Position numbers and translations under genes: made by a program | Notes under the pieces: model-generated | Databases searched by the model: none | What the model saw: only the letters and a program-made list of their open reading frames with translations | Told to the model about the DNA's origin: nothing | IMG/VR virus record: IMGVR_UViG_3300020159_002453 | Location: 1 to 64,000 of that record | Length of the DNA: 64,000 nucleotides | Strand: one strand, 5' to 3' | Source of the DNA: a virus | Shown: piece by piece, positions 20,241 through 29,802 of the stretch | Position numbering within the stretch: the first letter of the stretch is position 1 | How the letters are laid out: each line of letters starts with the position of its first letter

Positions 20241-21689
20241 TTAAAGAAACACAGACTGTGTTCCTGGTACGAAGCTTGTGCCAAGACCAGTCACGATAAT
20301 GAGATGGTAGTAGAGATTTGCGCCGAAAATATGATCAATTACACCATAACGGGTCATTAAACCAACTCTTGGAGCGAAATCGTTAGGACCAACGGTGCGT
20401 TGTACCAATACTGGGATGTATGGGCAGTAAACGATACCGGTGTCATAGTACTCTGTACCCTTATAGCCAAGAAGAGCATATTCAAGAGCGGTACCACGGG
20501 TACCTACTTGATATTGAGCTTCGGTGCGGGTATCACGGTAAACGTTGAAACGGCCACCAACGGTACCAACTTTAGCGATACCTACTGGTTGTGTGTTGAC
20601 GTTACCTTGTACGGAGAACCATTGGAATTCTGGGAGCATTTCTAACATTGCGCAAACACGTGGGGTTGCGACGATGAAGTTTGCTGCACCACGACGATTA
20701 CGGATAGCAACGCGGTTAGCTTCAACGATAATCTTGGCGTAGAAGTCACGATTACGTTCACCTAACCAACGGCCGTCAGCTGATACTGGAGACCAGACTG
20801 AGTAACCTTGACCGAAGCCAGCATTGATTGCTACTTGGCACATACGGATTACCATTTCGCGGTCGATTTCAGCTTGGATTTCGTAACTCATCGCATTGGT
20901 GAGTTCGTTGTCGATGTCGATACCGTTCATGTTCTTGAGATCTTGCTCAAGTTCAACGGACCAACGAGCTGCTAAACGACGTGTACCAGCTTCAACAGCT
21001 GTCTTTTCGAAAGCAACAACCATTTGCGGGATGTTACTTGAAAGCTCGAAGTTAGCTAAGAGATTTGCAACACCTTGGTCATTACCAACGATATTGAAAG
21101 CTTCAGAGCCTGTGATTGCTGTTGCGCCACCAGATAACCAACTTGCGGAAGTACCGGTAAAGCGGGTATTCATGTAATTCCAGCCTACTTCGGTACCGTC
21201 TGTTGGTACTGTCCAACCTTGTGGGCTGTTAGAAGCTGCGCCGTAAGCGCCGTCTGGACTTGTTGCGCCGAGTGGGTCTGCTTCGTATTTGTAACGAAGA
21301 GCAAACGCAAGACCTACTGGACCACTCATTGGTTGAACGCCAACGATTTCGTTGGTGATCAATTCTGGGAAGGTACGGCGGATCATTGGAATAAGGATCT
21401 TCGGTAAGCGGGCATCACCAGAAGCGTAGAAGTCGCTAGATGGTTTACCGCCGAAGCCCATGGATGCAGCAGAACCGAAAGAGCCGCCCGCGCCAGCTGT
21501 GTTGCTAGCTTCTCTTAAGCACCATTGTTCTTGATTTTCAAGAAGAATAGCGGTGTTTAAGCGAGTGTGGTCGTCTTTGATTGCTGGGGTTGCTTCATCA
21601 GCATGGTCGAGCAATGGGGCCCACTTTTTAAGAAGGCTTGATGCACGATCTTGATTGATGTAAGATTGTGATGGTTTTACTGATTTCAT
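20241..21689 (-). CDS. Major capsid protein, T4 gp23-like
   Basis: LLENQ, GVQPMSGPVGLAFALR, WSVELEQDL, EIQAEIDRE, YCPYIP, MTRYG. Confidence 0.98.
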   Translation of the reverse strand: MKSVKPSQSYINQDRASSLLKKWAPLLDHADEATPAIKDDHTRLNTAILLENQEQWCLREASNTAGAGGSFGSAASMGFGGKPSSDFYASGDARLPKILIPMIRRTFPELITNEIVGVQPMSGPVGLAFALRYKYEADPLGATSPDGAYGAASNSPQGWTVPTDGTEVGWNYMNTRFTGTSASWLSGGATAITGSEAFNIVGNDQGVANLLANFELSSNIPQMVVAFEKTAVEAGTRRLAARWSVELEQDLKNMNGIDIDNELTNAMSYEIQAEIDREMVIRMCQVAINAGFGQGYSVWSPVSADGRWLGERNRDFYAKIIVEANRVAIRNRRGAANFIVATPRVCAMLEMLPEFQWFSVQGNVNTQPVGIAKVGTVGGRFNVYRDTRTEAQYQVGTRGTALEYALLGYKGTEYYDTGIVYCPYIPVLVQRTVGPNDFAPRVGLMTRYGVIDHIFGANLYYHLIIVTGLGTSFVPGTQSVFL

Positions 21690-21756
21690 ATTGTAATAAT
21701 ATTTGTTTTAACTGACATACCTCAAGTTCTTGACAGAACTTCAACGATTAGAAATA

Positions 21757-21793
21757 TACTTATAAAAAAAGCCCCCTGTTTTAGGGGGCTTTT
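21757..21793 (-). terminator. Terminator after gp22 overlapping the gp23 late promoter (TATAAGTA, 21757-21764)
   Basis: aaaagccccct / agggggctttt stem; its minus-strand T-run abuts TATAAGTA. Confidence 0.8.
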
Positions 21794-21812
21794 GTAAAAT
21801 AATCCGGATTGC

Positions 21813-22763
21813 TTAGTAAGCTTTCTTAGTAAGCTCTGTTACGTAAGCATTTGCTACGAAAGAAGCTCCGTCATTATCATCTGCAGTTGAGAATGACTTA
21901 GATTCGTTAAGGGTTTCAACTGGAGCTGAAACATCTACCCCACGGGTCTTTGGCTTAGCGGATTCTTTAAGAGTGATGTTTTCATCTTCTTCTTTTTTGT
22001 CATACATCTCAGAGACGTAATTGAAGTTTTCTTTAATAGCTTCCATTTTCTTTTCAGAAAGAACACGGAGCATATAGTTTTTCTTAGCAGATGGAAAGTT
22101 TTCTAACTTCTTTTCTAAGAAAAGTTGTTTTTCAGCATTTGCGGCTCTTTCAGTAACAACTTGAAGTTGTTTTTCGAGTTGCTTTGAACGTACGACTGCT
22201 TCGTCAATTTGTTGCTTACCATCGATAAGTGCTTCTTTAACGCTTTCGTTTACAAACTCGTCACTAAGACCCACTAAACGCTTAACTTCGTTAACAATCT
22301 TACGGGAACGAGCATTTTCAGTAGCTTCTTGAATTTGTTGAGCAGGAATTGCTTTGTCGATATAAAGGTCGATATAGTTTGAAAGCTGTTCAACTAATGT
22401 ATTCTTAAAGTTACTAGCTTCTTGTTGAAGGGCATTTTCGTAAACATTAATAAGGTTACCAAGCTTTTCAGATTGGCCCTCATCAAGTACAGTAAGGGCA
22501 TGTTGAAACTTAGCAGAGTGTGTTTCGTCAATACGAGCAACGATCTTATCGAGCTTTTCGGTATGATCAGCGTCGATAGCTTCTAATACTTGCTCAAGTT
22601 TGGTTGCGTATTCTTCGTCTTGTTTAACAAGAGCAGCTTCAACTGCGAGCTGAACTTTTTCCTCAGCTTTATTTTGAATTGCTTCGGAGATAACTTTAAG
22701 GGTTTCTTCAGAAAGAAAGTCTTTAGTAGCTTCTTTCAAGAGAGTATTAATGTCTTTGCTCAT
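21813..22763 (-). CDS. Prohead core scaffolding protein, T4 gp22-like
   Basis: Acidic coiled coil between gp21 and gp23; LVEQLSNYIDLY; TATAAATA at 22773-22780. Confidence 0.85.
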   Translation of the reverse strand: MSKDINTLLKEATKDFLSEETLKVISEAIQNKAEEKVQLAVEAALVKQDEEYATKLEQVLEAIDADHTEKLDKIVARIDETHSAKFQHALTVLDEGQSEKLGNLINVYENALQQEASNFKNTLVEQLSNYIDLYIDKAIPAQQIQEATENARSRKIVNEVKRLVGLSDEFVNESVKEALIDGKQQIDEAVVRSKQLEKQLQVVTERAANAEKQLFLEKKLENFPSAKKNYMLRVLSEKKMEAIKENFNYVSEMYDKKEEDENITLKESAKPKTRGVDVSAPVETLNESKSFSTADDNDGASFVANAYVTELTKKAY

Positions 22764-22846
22764 ATGATAATGTATTTATATTTATTGTTCTAAGGGTCAA
22801 AATCCCAGTTAATCTTAAATTAAATCCTAAATTGGATAAAATGGGG

Positions 22847-22996
22847 TTATTTCTTAGCAGTTAATTTTTGTTGCGCAACGCGAATACGGTGCTTAAGCTT
22901 TTCATTAACAATTTCAGCTAATGAGGAATCAGCTTTTTTAAAATTGTTACTACCAACATTGTTAATAAAATTGATGATGTGGTTCTTTTCTTTCAT
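22847..22996 (-). CDS. Small prohead core protein, gp67-like (49 aa)
   Basis: Manual translation MKEKNHIINFINNVGSNNFKKADSSLAEIVNEKLKHRIRVAQQKLTAKK; sits in head operon. Confidence 0.55.
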   Translation of the reverse strand: MKEKNHIINFINNVGSNNFKKADSSLAEIVNEKLKHRIRVAQQKLTAKK

Positions 22997-22997
22997 A

Positions 22998-23657
22998 TTA
23001 TTTAAGGTTGTTAATAAAGCGAATAATTTGCTCTCTTAAATAGAGATCTACGTCTTTACGTGGTAGCTTTGAAAGCTTACCTTCAAATTGGTCATATACT
23101 TCTTCAAAGCGGCCATCTTGCTTAACAATAAAGCTCTTTGATTCGAGAATACCGTTAACAAATGCGCCGGGAGCTGAAGGATCAGCTACACAGTCAATAG
23201 TGATAAGCTTCATGTTCTCAACATGGTTAACACCTTCTTTGTTTTCTAATTGACCTAAAGCTCTTGAAGACATGCCCATTTTTACACCGTCTTGTATAAG
23301 TGTACGCATAATCTCTCCCATTGGGGTACGTAAAATTTTGCTTTTGCCTTTAACCATGTTGCCTTCCATTCTTAATTCTGTGATTAAGTGGCAAGCACGT
23401 TCACTATTAACCGTAGCACTTTGTGGGTGCTCTAACTCTCCTAAAGCCCGGTTTTTAGAAACGAACTCTTCATTGTAACGAGCTACCTCTTGGGCCATCT
23501 CGTTTCTGCTATAAATACGGTTGTTGCGATTTTTTTCTTCTGCAACCATGTACACCCCTGATACATACATATTTGCAGGCTTATCTTTGTTTCCTTCTTC
23601 AATTAAGAAATCAAGACCTTCCGTGATCGGCGTTTGCGTGATAAGCTTGAGCAGCAT
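22998..23657 (-). CDS. Prohead protease, T4 gp21-like
   Basis: KNRNNRIY, RALGELEHP, GMSSRALG, DCVADPSAP. Confidence 0.96.
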   Translation of the reverse strand: MLLKLITQTPITEGLDFLIEEGNKDKPANMYVSGVYMVAEEKNRNNRIYSRNEMAQEVARYNEEFVSKNRALGELEHPQSATVNSERACHLITELRMEGNMVKGKSKILRTPMGEIMRTLIQDGVKMGMSSRALGQLENKEGVNHVENMKLITIDCVADPSAPGAFVNGILESKSFIVKQDGRFEEVYDQFEGKLSKLPRKDVDLYLREQIIRFINNLK

Positions 23658-23719
23658 AATGTTTAATATTATTTAGGCGATCCCTTGCTTTTTCCCTGTT
23701 ATTTTGTAATATAACTGTA

Positions 23720-24781
23720 GTGAAACCAAAATATAGTATAATTATACCCACCTACAACCATCTAGAGGATTTTTTGGCTCCATGCCTACAAAGCATTATT
23801 AAGTATACCGATCTTAATACTGCCGAGGTGATTGTCGTAGCAAACGGTTGTGTGGATAGCACTCACAAATATGTAGAAGAACTTAGCTTAACATATCCTA
23901 GTATTAAGCTTATAGCTGAAGAAAAGGGGTTAGGTTACACCAAAGCTACTAACTTAGGTATTAAAGCTGCCCAAGGAGATTATTTAATATTACTCAATAA
24001 TGATACTGTGCTGTTAGACCAAAAACGTAATCAATGGATAGATATTATGGAAGAGCCATTTATTGATGATCCTAAGATGGGTATTACCGGGCCACTATTA
24101 CTTGGGGATAAAATTACCCAAGGCACCTTTATTGTATTCTTTTGTGCAATGGTTCCTAAGAAGCTATTTGATGAACTTGGCATACTTGATGAGATCTTTT
24201 CACCGGGTAGTGGAGAAGATATCGATTTCTGTGTACGTGCCGGTAAAGCTGGTTATAAGCACAAGATGGTTCCCGGTGAGCCATTAGAAAAGAAAGACAA
24301 GAAGATATATGCTGGATCGTTCCCTATCTATCACTATGCTGAAGGCACATTTGAACATGAAGAGAGCTACAGTAATGTAACATTTAAGCGTAATAGTTTA
24401 GTGAACCTGAAGCGTTACAATAACAACATTAAGTTGCATTTGACCCCATATGATGATAGTAAGATCTTTCCTACCCATGTAAGGGCGCATAAGGATAGTA
24501 AATGTAGCGATGTCATACTTGAGTGGGATAATATGGATATGGATAGTAATACGGTAAACGAGATTGCATTGTACAACTCTATACAATATGCTATGGATAA
24601 TCTTGATGTTTGCACTAAAGAGTGGTTTAGAGTGTTAAAACCAACCGGTAGAGTCGTAGCTATGATGCCAATGCAGTTTGCTGCAAAAGTTAAACAATCT
24701 CTTATTGATGCTGGTTTTAGATTTAACTGCATTCAAACTCACGATAACAAGAACGCATTTTTACAAGCAACCAAACCATGA
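23720..24781 (+). CDS. GT2 glycosyltransferase with C-terminal degenerate methyltransferase-like region
   Basis: SIIIPTYN, GYTKATNLG, LLNND, EDIDFC; C-terminal EWFRVLKPTG. Confidence 0.85.
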   Translation: MKPKYSIIIPTYNHLEDFLAPCLQSIIKYTDLNTAEVIVVANGCVDSTHKYVEELSLTYPSIKLIAEEKGLGYTKATNLGIKAAQGDYLILLNNDTVLLDQKRNQWIDIMEEPFIDDPKMGITGPLLLGDKITQGTFIVFFCAMVPKKLFDELGILDEIFSPGSGEDIDFCVRAGKAGYKHKMVPGEPLEKKDKKIYAGSFPIYHYAEGTFEHEESYSNVTFKRNSLVNLKRYNNNIKLHLTPYDDSKIFPTHVRAHKDSKCSDVILEWDNMDMDSNTVNEIALYNSIQYAMDNLDVCTKEWFRVLKPTGRVVAMMPMQFAAKVKQSLIDAGFRFNCIQTHDNKNAFLQATKP

Positions 24782-25833
24782 CTACTGATAAAGTAACAGC
24801 TACAGTATCTACAAAAGGTAGATACCATAATACATTTCCTCTAGTACTAACCTCACTAGCCAATCAAACACTCAAGCCTTCTCGTCTTATTATATATGAT
24901 GATAATGATGCCTTAGAAGATTTGAGAGAGAACGAGATTTATAAGAACCTATTTGCTCTATTAAATAGAGTGGGTATTCAATGGGAAGTTACTGTGGGTG
25001 GCCGTAAAGGACAAATACATAACCATCAACGAGCATTAACTGATGTAAAGTCTGAATGGATCTGGCGATTGGATGATGATAATGTAATGGAGACTGATAC
25101 TCTAGAACGTTTATTCAGTCATACCCTCGGAGAAGCTAATAAAGACGTCGGCGCGGTTGGCCCATTGATTCTAGACCCTAAGAACCAAATTGGTCATTCA
25201 ATGGCTTCTAATAAGATGGAAGATATCTTTTTTGGTCTTAACATACAGTGGGTGGATAATGGCTCTAATAAAGTCATTGAAGTAGATCACCTACAGGGCA
25301 GCACTTTTATATTCCGTACAGAAGCTGCTAAACACGGCTATGATCTAAGACTATCTAAAGTCGGTCACCGAGAAGAAACCATTTTTACCCACGAAATTAA
25401 ACGTGCAGGTTGGAGATTACTTGTTGATACGAGTATTAAGACCTGGCATATGCGTTATGGTGCGGGTGGTATTAGAAGTCAAAACAATGTTAAGTTGTTT
25501 GAAAATGATGAAAAGATATTCCATGACTATCTTAGAAAATGGAAGATAGAGCCGACTAAGCTCAAGGTAATACCTTTAGATAGCGGTATTGGAGATCACT
25601 ACGCGTTTAGATCTATATTACCAAGCATTAAAGCTAAATTTAAAGACCATAGACTTGTTATCGGGGCATGTTACCCTGAGGTATTTAAAGATGAAACTGG
25701 TATTGAAATTATTAACCTATCAGAGGCTGCATCTTTTACTGATATAAAGGAACATAATATATATGGTTGGATGGATCGTCGTAACTGGAAGAAGTCTTTA
25801 TCTGAAGCCTATAGAGCAAAATATACCCAATGA
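24778..25833 (+). CDS. GT2-like glycosyltransferase fused to a GT9 N-terminal-like segment
   Basis: SLANQT, IYDD, WRLDDD, HREET; then DSGIGDHYAF..LPSIK. Confidence 0.75.
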   Translation: MTTDKVTATVSTKGRYHNTFPLVLTSLANQTLKPSRLIIYDDNDALEDLRENEIYKNLFALLNRVGIQWEVTVGGRKGQIHNHQRALTDVKSEWIWRLDDDNVMETDTLERLFSHTLGEANKDVGAVGPLILDPKNQIGHSMASNKMEDIFFGLNIQWVDNGSNKVIEVDHLQGSTFIFRTEAAKHGYDLRLSKVGHREETIFTHEIKRAGWRLLVDTSIKTWHMRYGAGGIRSQNNVKLFENDEKIFHDYLRKWKIEPTKLKVIPLDSGIGDHYAFRSILPSIKAKFKDHRLVIGACYPEVFKDETGIEIINLSEAASFTDIKEHNIYGWMDRRNWKKSLSEAYRAKYTQ

Positions 25834-26306
25834 AAAAAACAGTCCTTATAAGCCCGTTTGCCCAGCACTTACGCAACGGTAAACAAAACCCTAAGAACTT
25901 TCCGTATTGGAAAGAATTGGTCGCATTATTAATAAATGCAAACATAGATGTTATTCAAATAGGTTCTAGTAAAGATACCCCTATAGAGGGGGTTACAGAT
26001 TTTAGACGTAATCTCAAGCTTGCAGAAATTAAAGATCTCGTTACCCAATGTGATATTTGGATTTCTGTAGATAGCTTTTTGCAGCATTTAAACCACTTCT
26101 ATAAAGGTAAACCAGGTATTGTTATATTCTCACAATCAGACCCCCGTATCTTTGGATATAACGAGAACAATAACCTATTAAAGAACCGATCATACCTTAG
26201 AGATAAGCAATATTGGCTCTGGGAACAATGCGATTATAATATAGATGCATTTGTTACTGCTGAAGTAGTATTTGATACAGTTCAGAAATCACTAGAGGTA
26301 AAGTAA
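25830..26306 (+). CDS. GT9 (heptosyltransferase-like) C-terminal lobe
   Basis: LISPF, KNFPYWKEL, VIQIG, ISVDSFLQHL. Confidence 0.75.
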   Translation: MKKTVLISPFAQHLRNGKQNPKNFPYWKELVALLINANIDVIQIGSSKDTPIEGVTDFRRNLKLAEIKDLVTQCDIWISVDSFLQHLNHFYKGKPGIVIFSQSDPRIFGYNENNNLLKNRSYLRDKQYWLWEQCDYNIDAFVTAEVVFDTVQKSLEVK

Positions 26307-26318
26307 GTAATAGACAGT

Positions 26319-27206
26319 ATGTCTACGAACACGGTTGCACCTTCAGCATTTCTATCTACCAATCTTAATAGTAGAATTAACAGCTATGATATGCTGGCCG
26401 AGCGCATATTCTTTCAGCTTGGTGCACCTGTAATTAACCTTGAAATAGCATGCGTTGCAACGTATGACATGATTGCATATGCTATTGAAATGTATACTAA
26501 ATTTACTCCGGGCACGGAAGAGTTGTTAGTGTTCGATAGTAAATTATATACCCCGGGTAAAGGTATCAAAGTTGATACTATGATTAACAATACCTTGAAC
26601 CCGGAATTATCTGCAATGGATTCAACATTCCAATCTGGTTGGGATGTAGATTTAGAGTCCTACAGAAAAGTTATCGATGTCACATCCTTTACTGTGGGTA
26701 CTAATAGCGGGGTTAATACTTTGTTTACTATTGAGCAATCATTAGCACAACAAATGCACTTTGCATACTCTTTAGGTAGTAAAGCGTTTGACGTAATAAC
26801 TTGGCACGTATTAAAAGATTGGCTTAAGACTCGTGAAAAGCTATTTGCAATGCAGCCATACTTCCGTTTTGATGGTCGTACCCAAGTATTACGTATCACT
26901 CCTGATCCAGGTATATCTAATGTACAAGGTAGTTCAAAGTACTGGGCAGTATTAAACTGCCGTTTAGAAAGACCAATTAAGGATCTAGTTAAAGAGCGCT
27001 GGGTAATGGAATATGCTAAAGCTCTAGTAAAGATCAATATTGCCAATACTCGTGGTAAATTCGGTTCTACTCAATTATTTGGTAGTGGCACTTTACAATA
27101 CCAAGAGTTAATGACTCAGGGTACCACTGAAAAGAAAGAGCTCGAGGATCAATTGATGAATAGTAGACAAGAAGATCAAGAACCCCCAATATTCTTTTTA
27201 GGCTGA
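26319..27206 (+). CDS. Neck protein, T4 gp13-like
   Basis: LGAPVINLEI, WVMEYAKALVK...RGKF, C-terminal PPIFFLG; TAAGTA at 26304-26309. Confidence 0.88.
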   Translation: MSTNTVAPSAFLSTNLNSRINSYDMLAERIFFQLGAPVINLEIACVATYDMIAYAIEMYTKFTPGTEELLVFDSKLYTPGKGIKVDTMINNTLNPELSAMDSTFQSGWDVDLESYRKVIDVTSFTVGTNSGVNTLFTIEQSLAQQMHFAYSLGSKAFDVITWHVLKDWLKTREKLFAMQPYFRFDGRTQVLRITPDPGISNVQGSSKYWAVLNCRLERPIKDLVKERWVMEYAKALVKINIANTRGKFGSTQLFGSGTLQYQELMTQGTTEKKELEDQLMNSRQEDQEPPIFFLG

Positions 27207-27240
27207 GTTTGTTGTTATCCAACAAGTTTTATACTATATC

Positions 27241-29061
27241 TTAACCTGTTGGTAAAGCACTAGCTGCACTACCGGCTTGTTGCGGTCCTGCTGCTGGAGC
27301 TTCTCCGCCTGCTGCAGGTGCTTCACCTTCTCCGCCTGCTGGTGCTTCACCTTCTGCACCAGCCGCTGGAGCCGCTCCGCCACCGCCACCAGGTGCTGCA
27401 CCAAATGCCGGGGGTGTTCCGCCACCACCACCTGCTGCTCCGCCACCTGCGCCGCCACCAGATGTAATAGCTTGGCGCCAATTTGGACCAGAATTTGTAA
27501 TTTGACCAAGCTCGAAAGTAAATGCTGCGTCTTTCTTCTGCCACTCTCTATTAGCTTTAACTTCTTCATCAGTCCAGCCCATATAACGTTTAAGAGCATA
27601 AGACTTAGAAACTGCTTCAGAAGCAGTTAAATCACTAAAGGATTTAAACTTAAGCTCTTGTATTTGAGCTTCCCGGGCTACGTGGAAGTATACTGGCGGG
27701 TTAAAAGATACATCTAAATCGTGCTCTTTAAGTTTATACTGTTCCCATAAACCCTTTAGTTTAAGGTGAGTAATATAAGTGTCTTTTAAAGAGGAAGCAA
27801 ATTGACGTTGGAATCTAATAATAAGACGAGCAAATTTAAGCTCTTCTCTTAAAATTTCGGTACCATCAGCAAATTTAGCTTCAGGGTCAAGTCTACTTGT
27901 AGGCACTCTTAGGGCCTTATAAAGTTTCTTAACAAAGTAATTAAGGTCATCAAGAGTACCTAGATTTGCACCACCCGGTAAGCTAGTTACATCAGTACCT
28001 TCCCCGCCTGGTCTCTTTGCAAACCAGTAACTATCAAGCATACTTTGTGGGTCGTAAACGTTAACTGTTTTACCTTGATCGGAATCGTAAGTTCTACGAG
28101 ACCAATACGATTGCATTAAACGTTTAATATACGCTTCTGCTTTAGGGGCAGGTAAGTTACCTACATCGACTTTAAATACAAGACGTTCTGGCGCTCTTAC
28201 TAAACGGTACACTACAATACTATCTTCAATTAATGAGAGCTGTTTATACGCTCTACGGGCTACTTCAAGATAAGGTAAACGAAGAGTCTTGTGTTCGTTC
28301 CATACATGGGAGTGGAAATAAGAAACTTGGTGACGATCTAAAGGTATAAGCTCTTGTTTAGCAGCTACTCTATTGTTAGCAGATTGATCGATAATAGGCT
28401 TACGTAACATAAACCCCTTGATAAGCATGTTTTGAATGTTATCGTAAATAGGATTAATAAGTTCAGAAGGAATTTGTACTACACCAATAATACCAGCTTC
28501 TTTTTTCTTTTCGTTAACAACGTTTTCAAAGAAAATTTCAGCATCAATTAACAAAGCTCTAAAGTATTCAAAGCCTTTGTTTTCAATATTAAACAAGTCT
28601 ACTAAATGATTAAAGTTTTTTTGAAGCTCTTTTACGATTACTTCATCTTTACTGCCAGCAACATTTAAAGTAACGTATTTACCTTTGTCATCTTTAACTA
28701 ACATCTCATCACAGATTTCATCTAGGGCATGACTAATTTCTGCATACGAAGCCATGATTCTATAATCTGCTAAACGCTTCGGTTTGTCTGTATCAATTAA
28801 AGCGTAAAGGTAATCATGGTAGCCTTTATTAATAACGATACCATCTAAAGTGGGTGAGGTTATAGGGTCACTATGAGAGGTTGAAACAGCTTGTTTATAA
28901 ACTCTTTCCTTAGCAGACGAGCTTACACTATAAAAGGTCTCAAACTTTGGATTTAATTCCTTTACGTTATCAATAACCTGCGCATTACCAGAGTATGGCA
29001 AGCGATTTACAAAATTATTAAATGCTTTTGTAAAAAAATTAGGTTGTAAGTTATCGGCCAT
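27241..29061 (-). CDS. Portal protein, T4 gp20-like, with Gly/Ala/Pro-rich tail
   Basis: IEDSIVVYRLVRAPERLVFKVDVGNLP, LPGGANLG, LYKALRVP.SRL, REELKF. Confidence 0.97.
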   Translation of the reverse strand: MADNLQPNFFTKAFNNFVNRLPYSGNAQVIDNVKELNPKFETFYSVSSSAKERVYKQAVSTSHSDPITSPTLDGIVINKGYHDYLYALIDTDKPKRLADYRIMASYAEISHALDEICDEMLVKDDKGKYVTLNVAGSKDEVIVKELQKNFNHLVDLFNIENKGFEYFRALLIDAEIFFENVVNEKKKEAGIIGVVQIPSELINPIYDNIQNMLIKGFMLRKPIIDQSANNRVAAKQELIPLDRHQVSYFHSHVWNEHKTLRLPYLEVARRAYKQLSLIEDSIVVYRLVRAPERLVFKVDVGNLPAPKAEAYIKRLMQSYWSRRTYDSDQGKTVNVYDPQSMLDSYWFAKRPGGEGTDVTSLPGGANLGTLDDLNYFVKKLYKALRVPTSRLDPEAKFADGTEILREELKFARLIIRFQRQFASSLKDTYITHLKLKGLWEQYKLKEHDLDVSFNPPVYFHVAREAQIQELKFKSFSDLTASEAVSKSYALKRYMGWTDEEVKANREWQKKDAAFTFELGQITNSGPNWRQAITSGGGAGGGAAGGGGGTPPAFGAAPGGGGGAAPAAGAEGEAPAGGEGEAPAAGGEAPAAGPQQAGSAASALPTG

Positions 29062-29099
29062 TTGTTATATTTACGCTGTTAAGTGATATTACTACTATC

Positions 29100-29798
29100 T
29101 TAAATATTAAACCATTTATTAACTAAGTAGGTTGCATTAGTAGCTACTTCTAATTGGGTTAATGCTCTATTATATACTAAAACCTCGTATACATCTCCTC
29201 TAAAGAAACCGTTAGCAGATTCTAAACCACCTATACCAAAGTATCCTTGTACTTTACTACCTAAAAAAGTACCAGTAGCAGAAGCATTTGTATAAAATGT
29301 TCCGGATGAATTACTATTAGTAGTTACAGTAACTACAGTGGGTATATTTAAAGCCATTGCACTAGTAGATTTGACTGTAGTAGTATCATTATATGTACCC
29401 CAGCCATTAAAATTACCGTCAAACTTATTATCAGTAATCGCTAATATATTTATACCCGCTTTAGCGTGATTATAATACATACTATACAGTCCCATCCAAC
29501 TGTTAGTCCAGCTTGTCCCTGTACGAGTGGCCGCAATCATAACAGACATACTATTAAACTGTAAAAAATCATCCGCATTTTTTTGATGTAAAAAACCATT
29601 AGAGAACCGCATAAGCGGTAAATTGTTTGGACCACCGCTAAGATAAAATGATAACCCGTAACCATCTCCACCCCAGCCTTTAGAATCAATACTATCAGGT
29701 ATATTCGTTACAGTTAAATCTTGACCATTTGTGTAGCCTTGAGATAGTAATACAAGAGAGTCTAAATGATTTACTAATCCGTCTGTTACAAGTGGCAT
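29100..29798 (-). CDS. LamG/concanavalin A-like domain protein (probable virion lectin)
   Basis: VTDGLVNHLD start; F.GDVYEVLVYNRALT...YL..KW end. Confidence 0.7.
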   Translation of the reverse strand: MPLVTDGLVNHLDSLVLLSQGYTNGQDLTVTNIPDSIDSKGWGGDGYGLSFYLSGGPNNLPLMRFSNGFLHQKNADDFLQFNSMSVMIAATRTGTSWTNSWMGLYSMYYNHAKAGINILAITDNKFDGNFNGWGTYNDTTTVKSTSAMALNIPTVVTVTTNSNSSGTFYTNASATGTFLGSKVQGYFGIGGLESANGFFRGDVYEVLVYNRALTQLEVATNATYLVNKWFNI

Positions 29799-29802
29799 AA
29801 GA

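Noticed and set aside
27234-27630. Overlapping ORFs at the portal 3' end
   Set aside because: Alternative frames of a GC-rich low-complexity tail.
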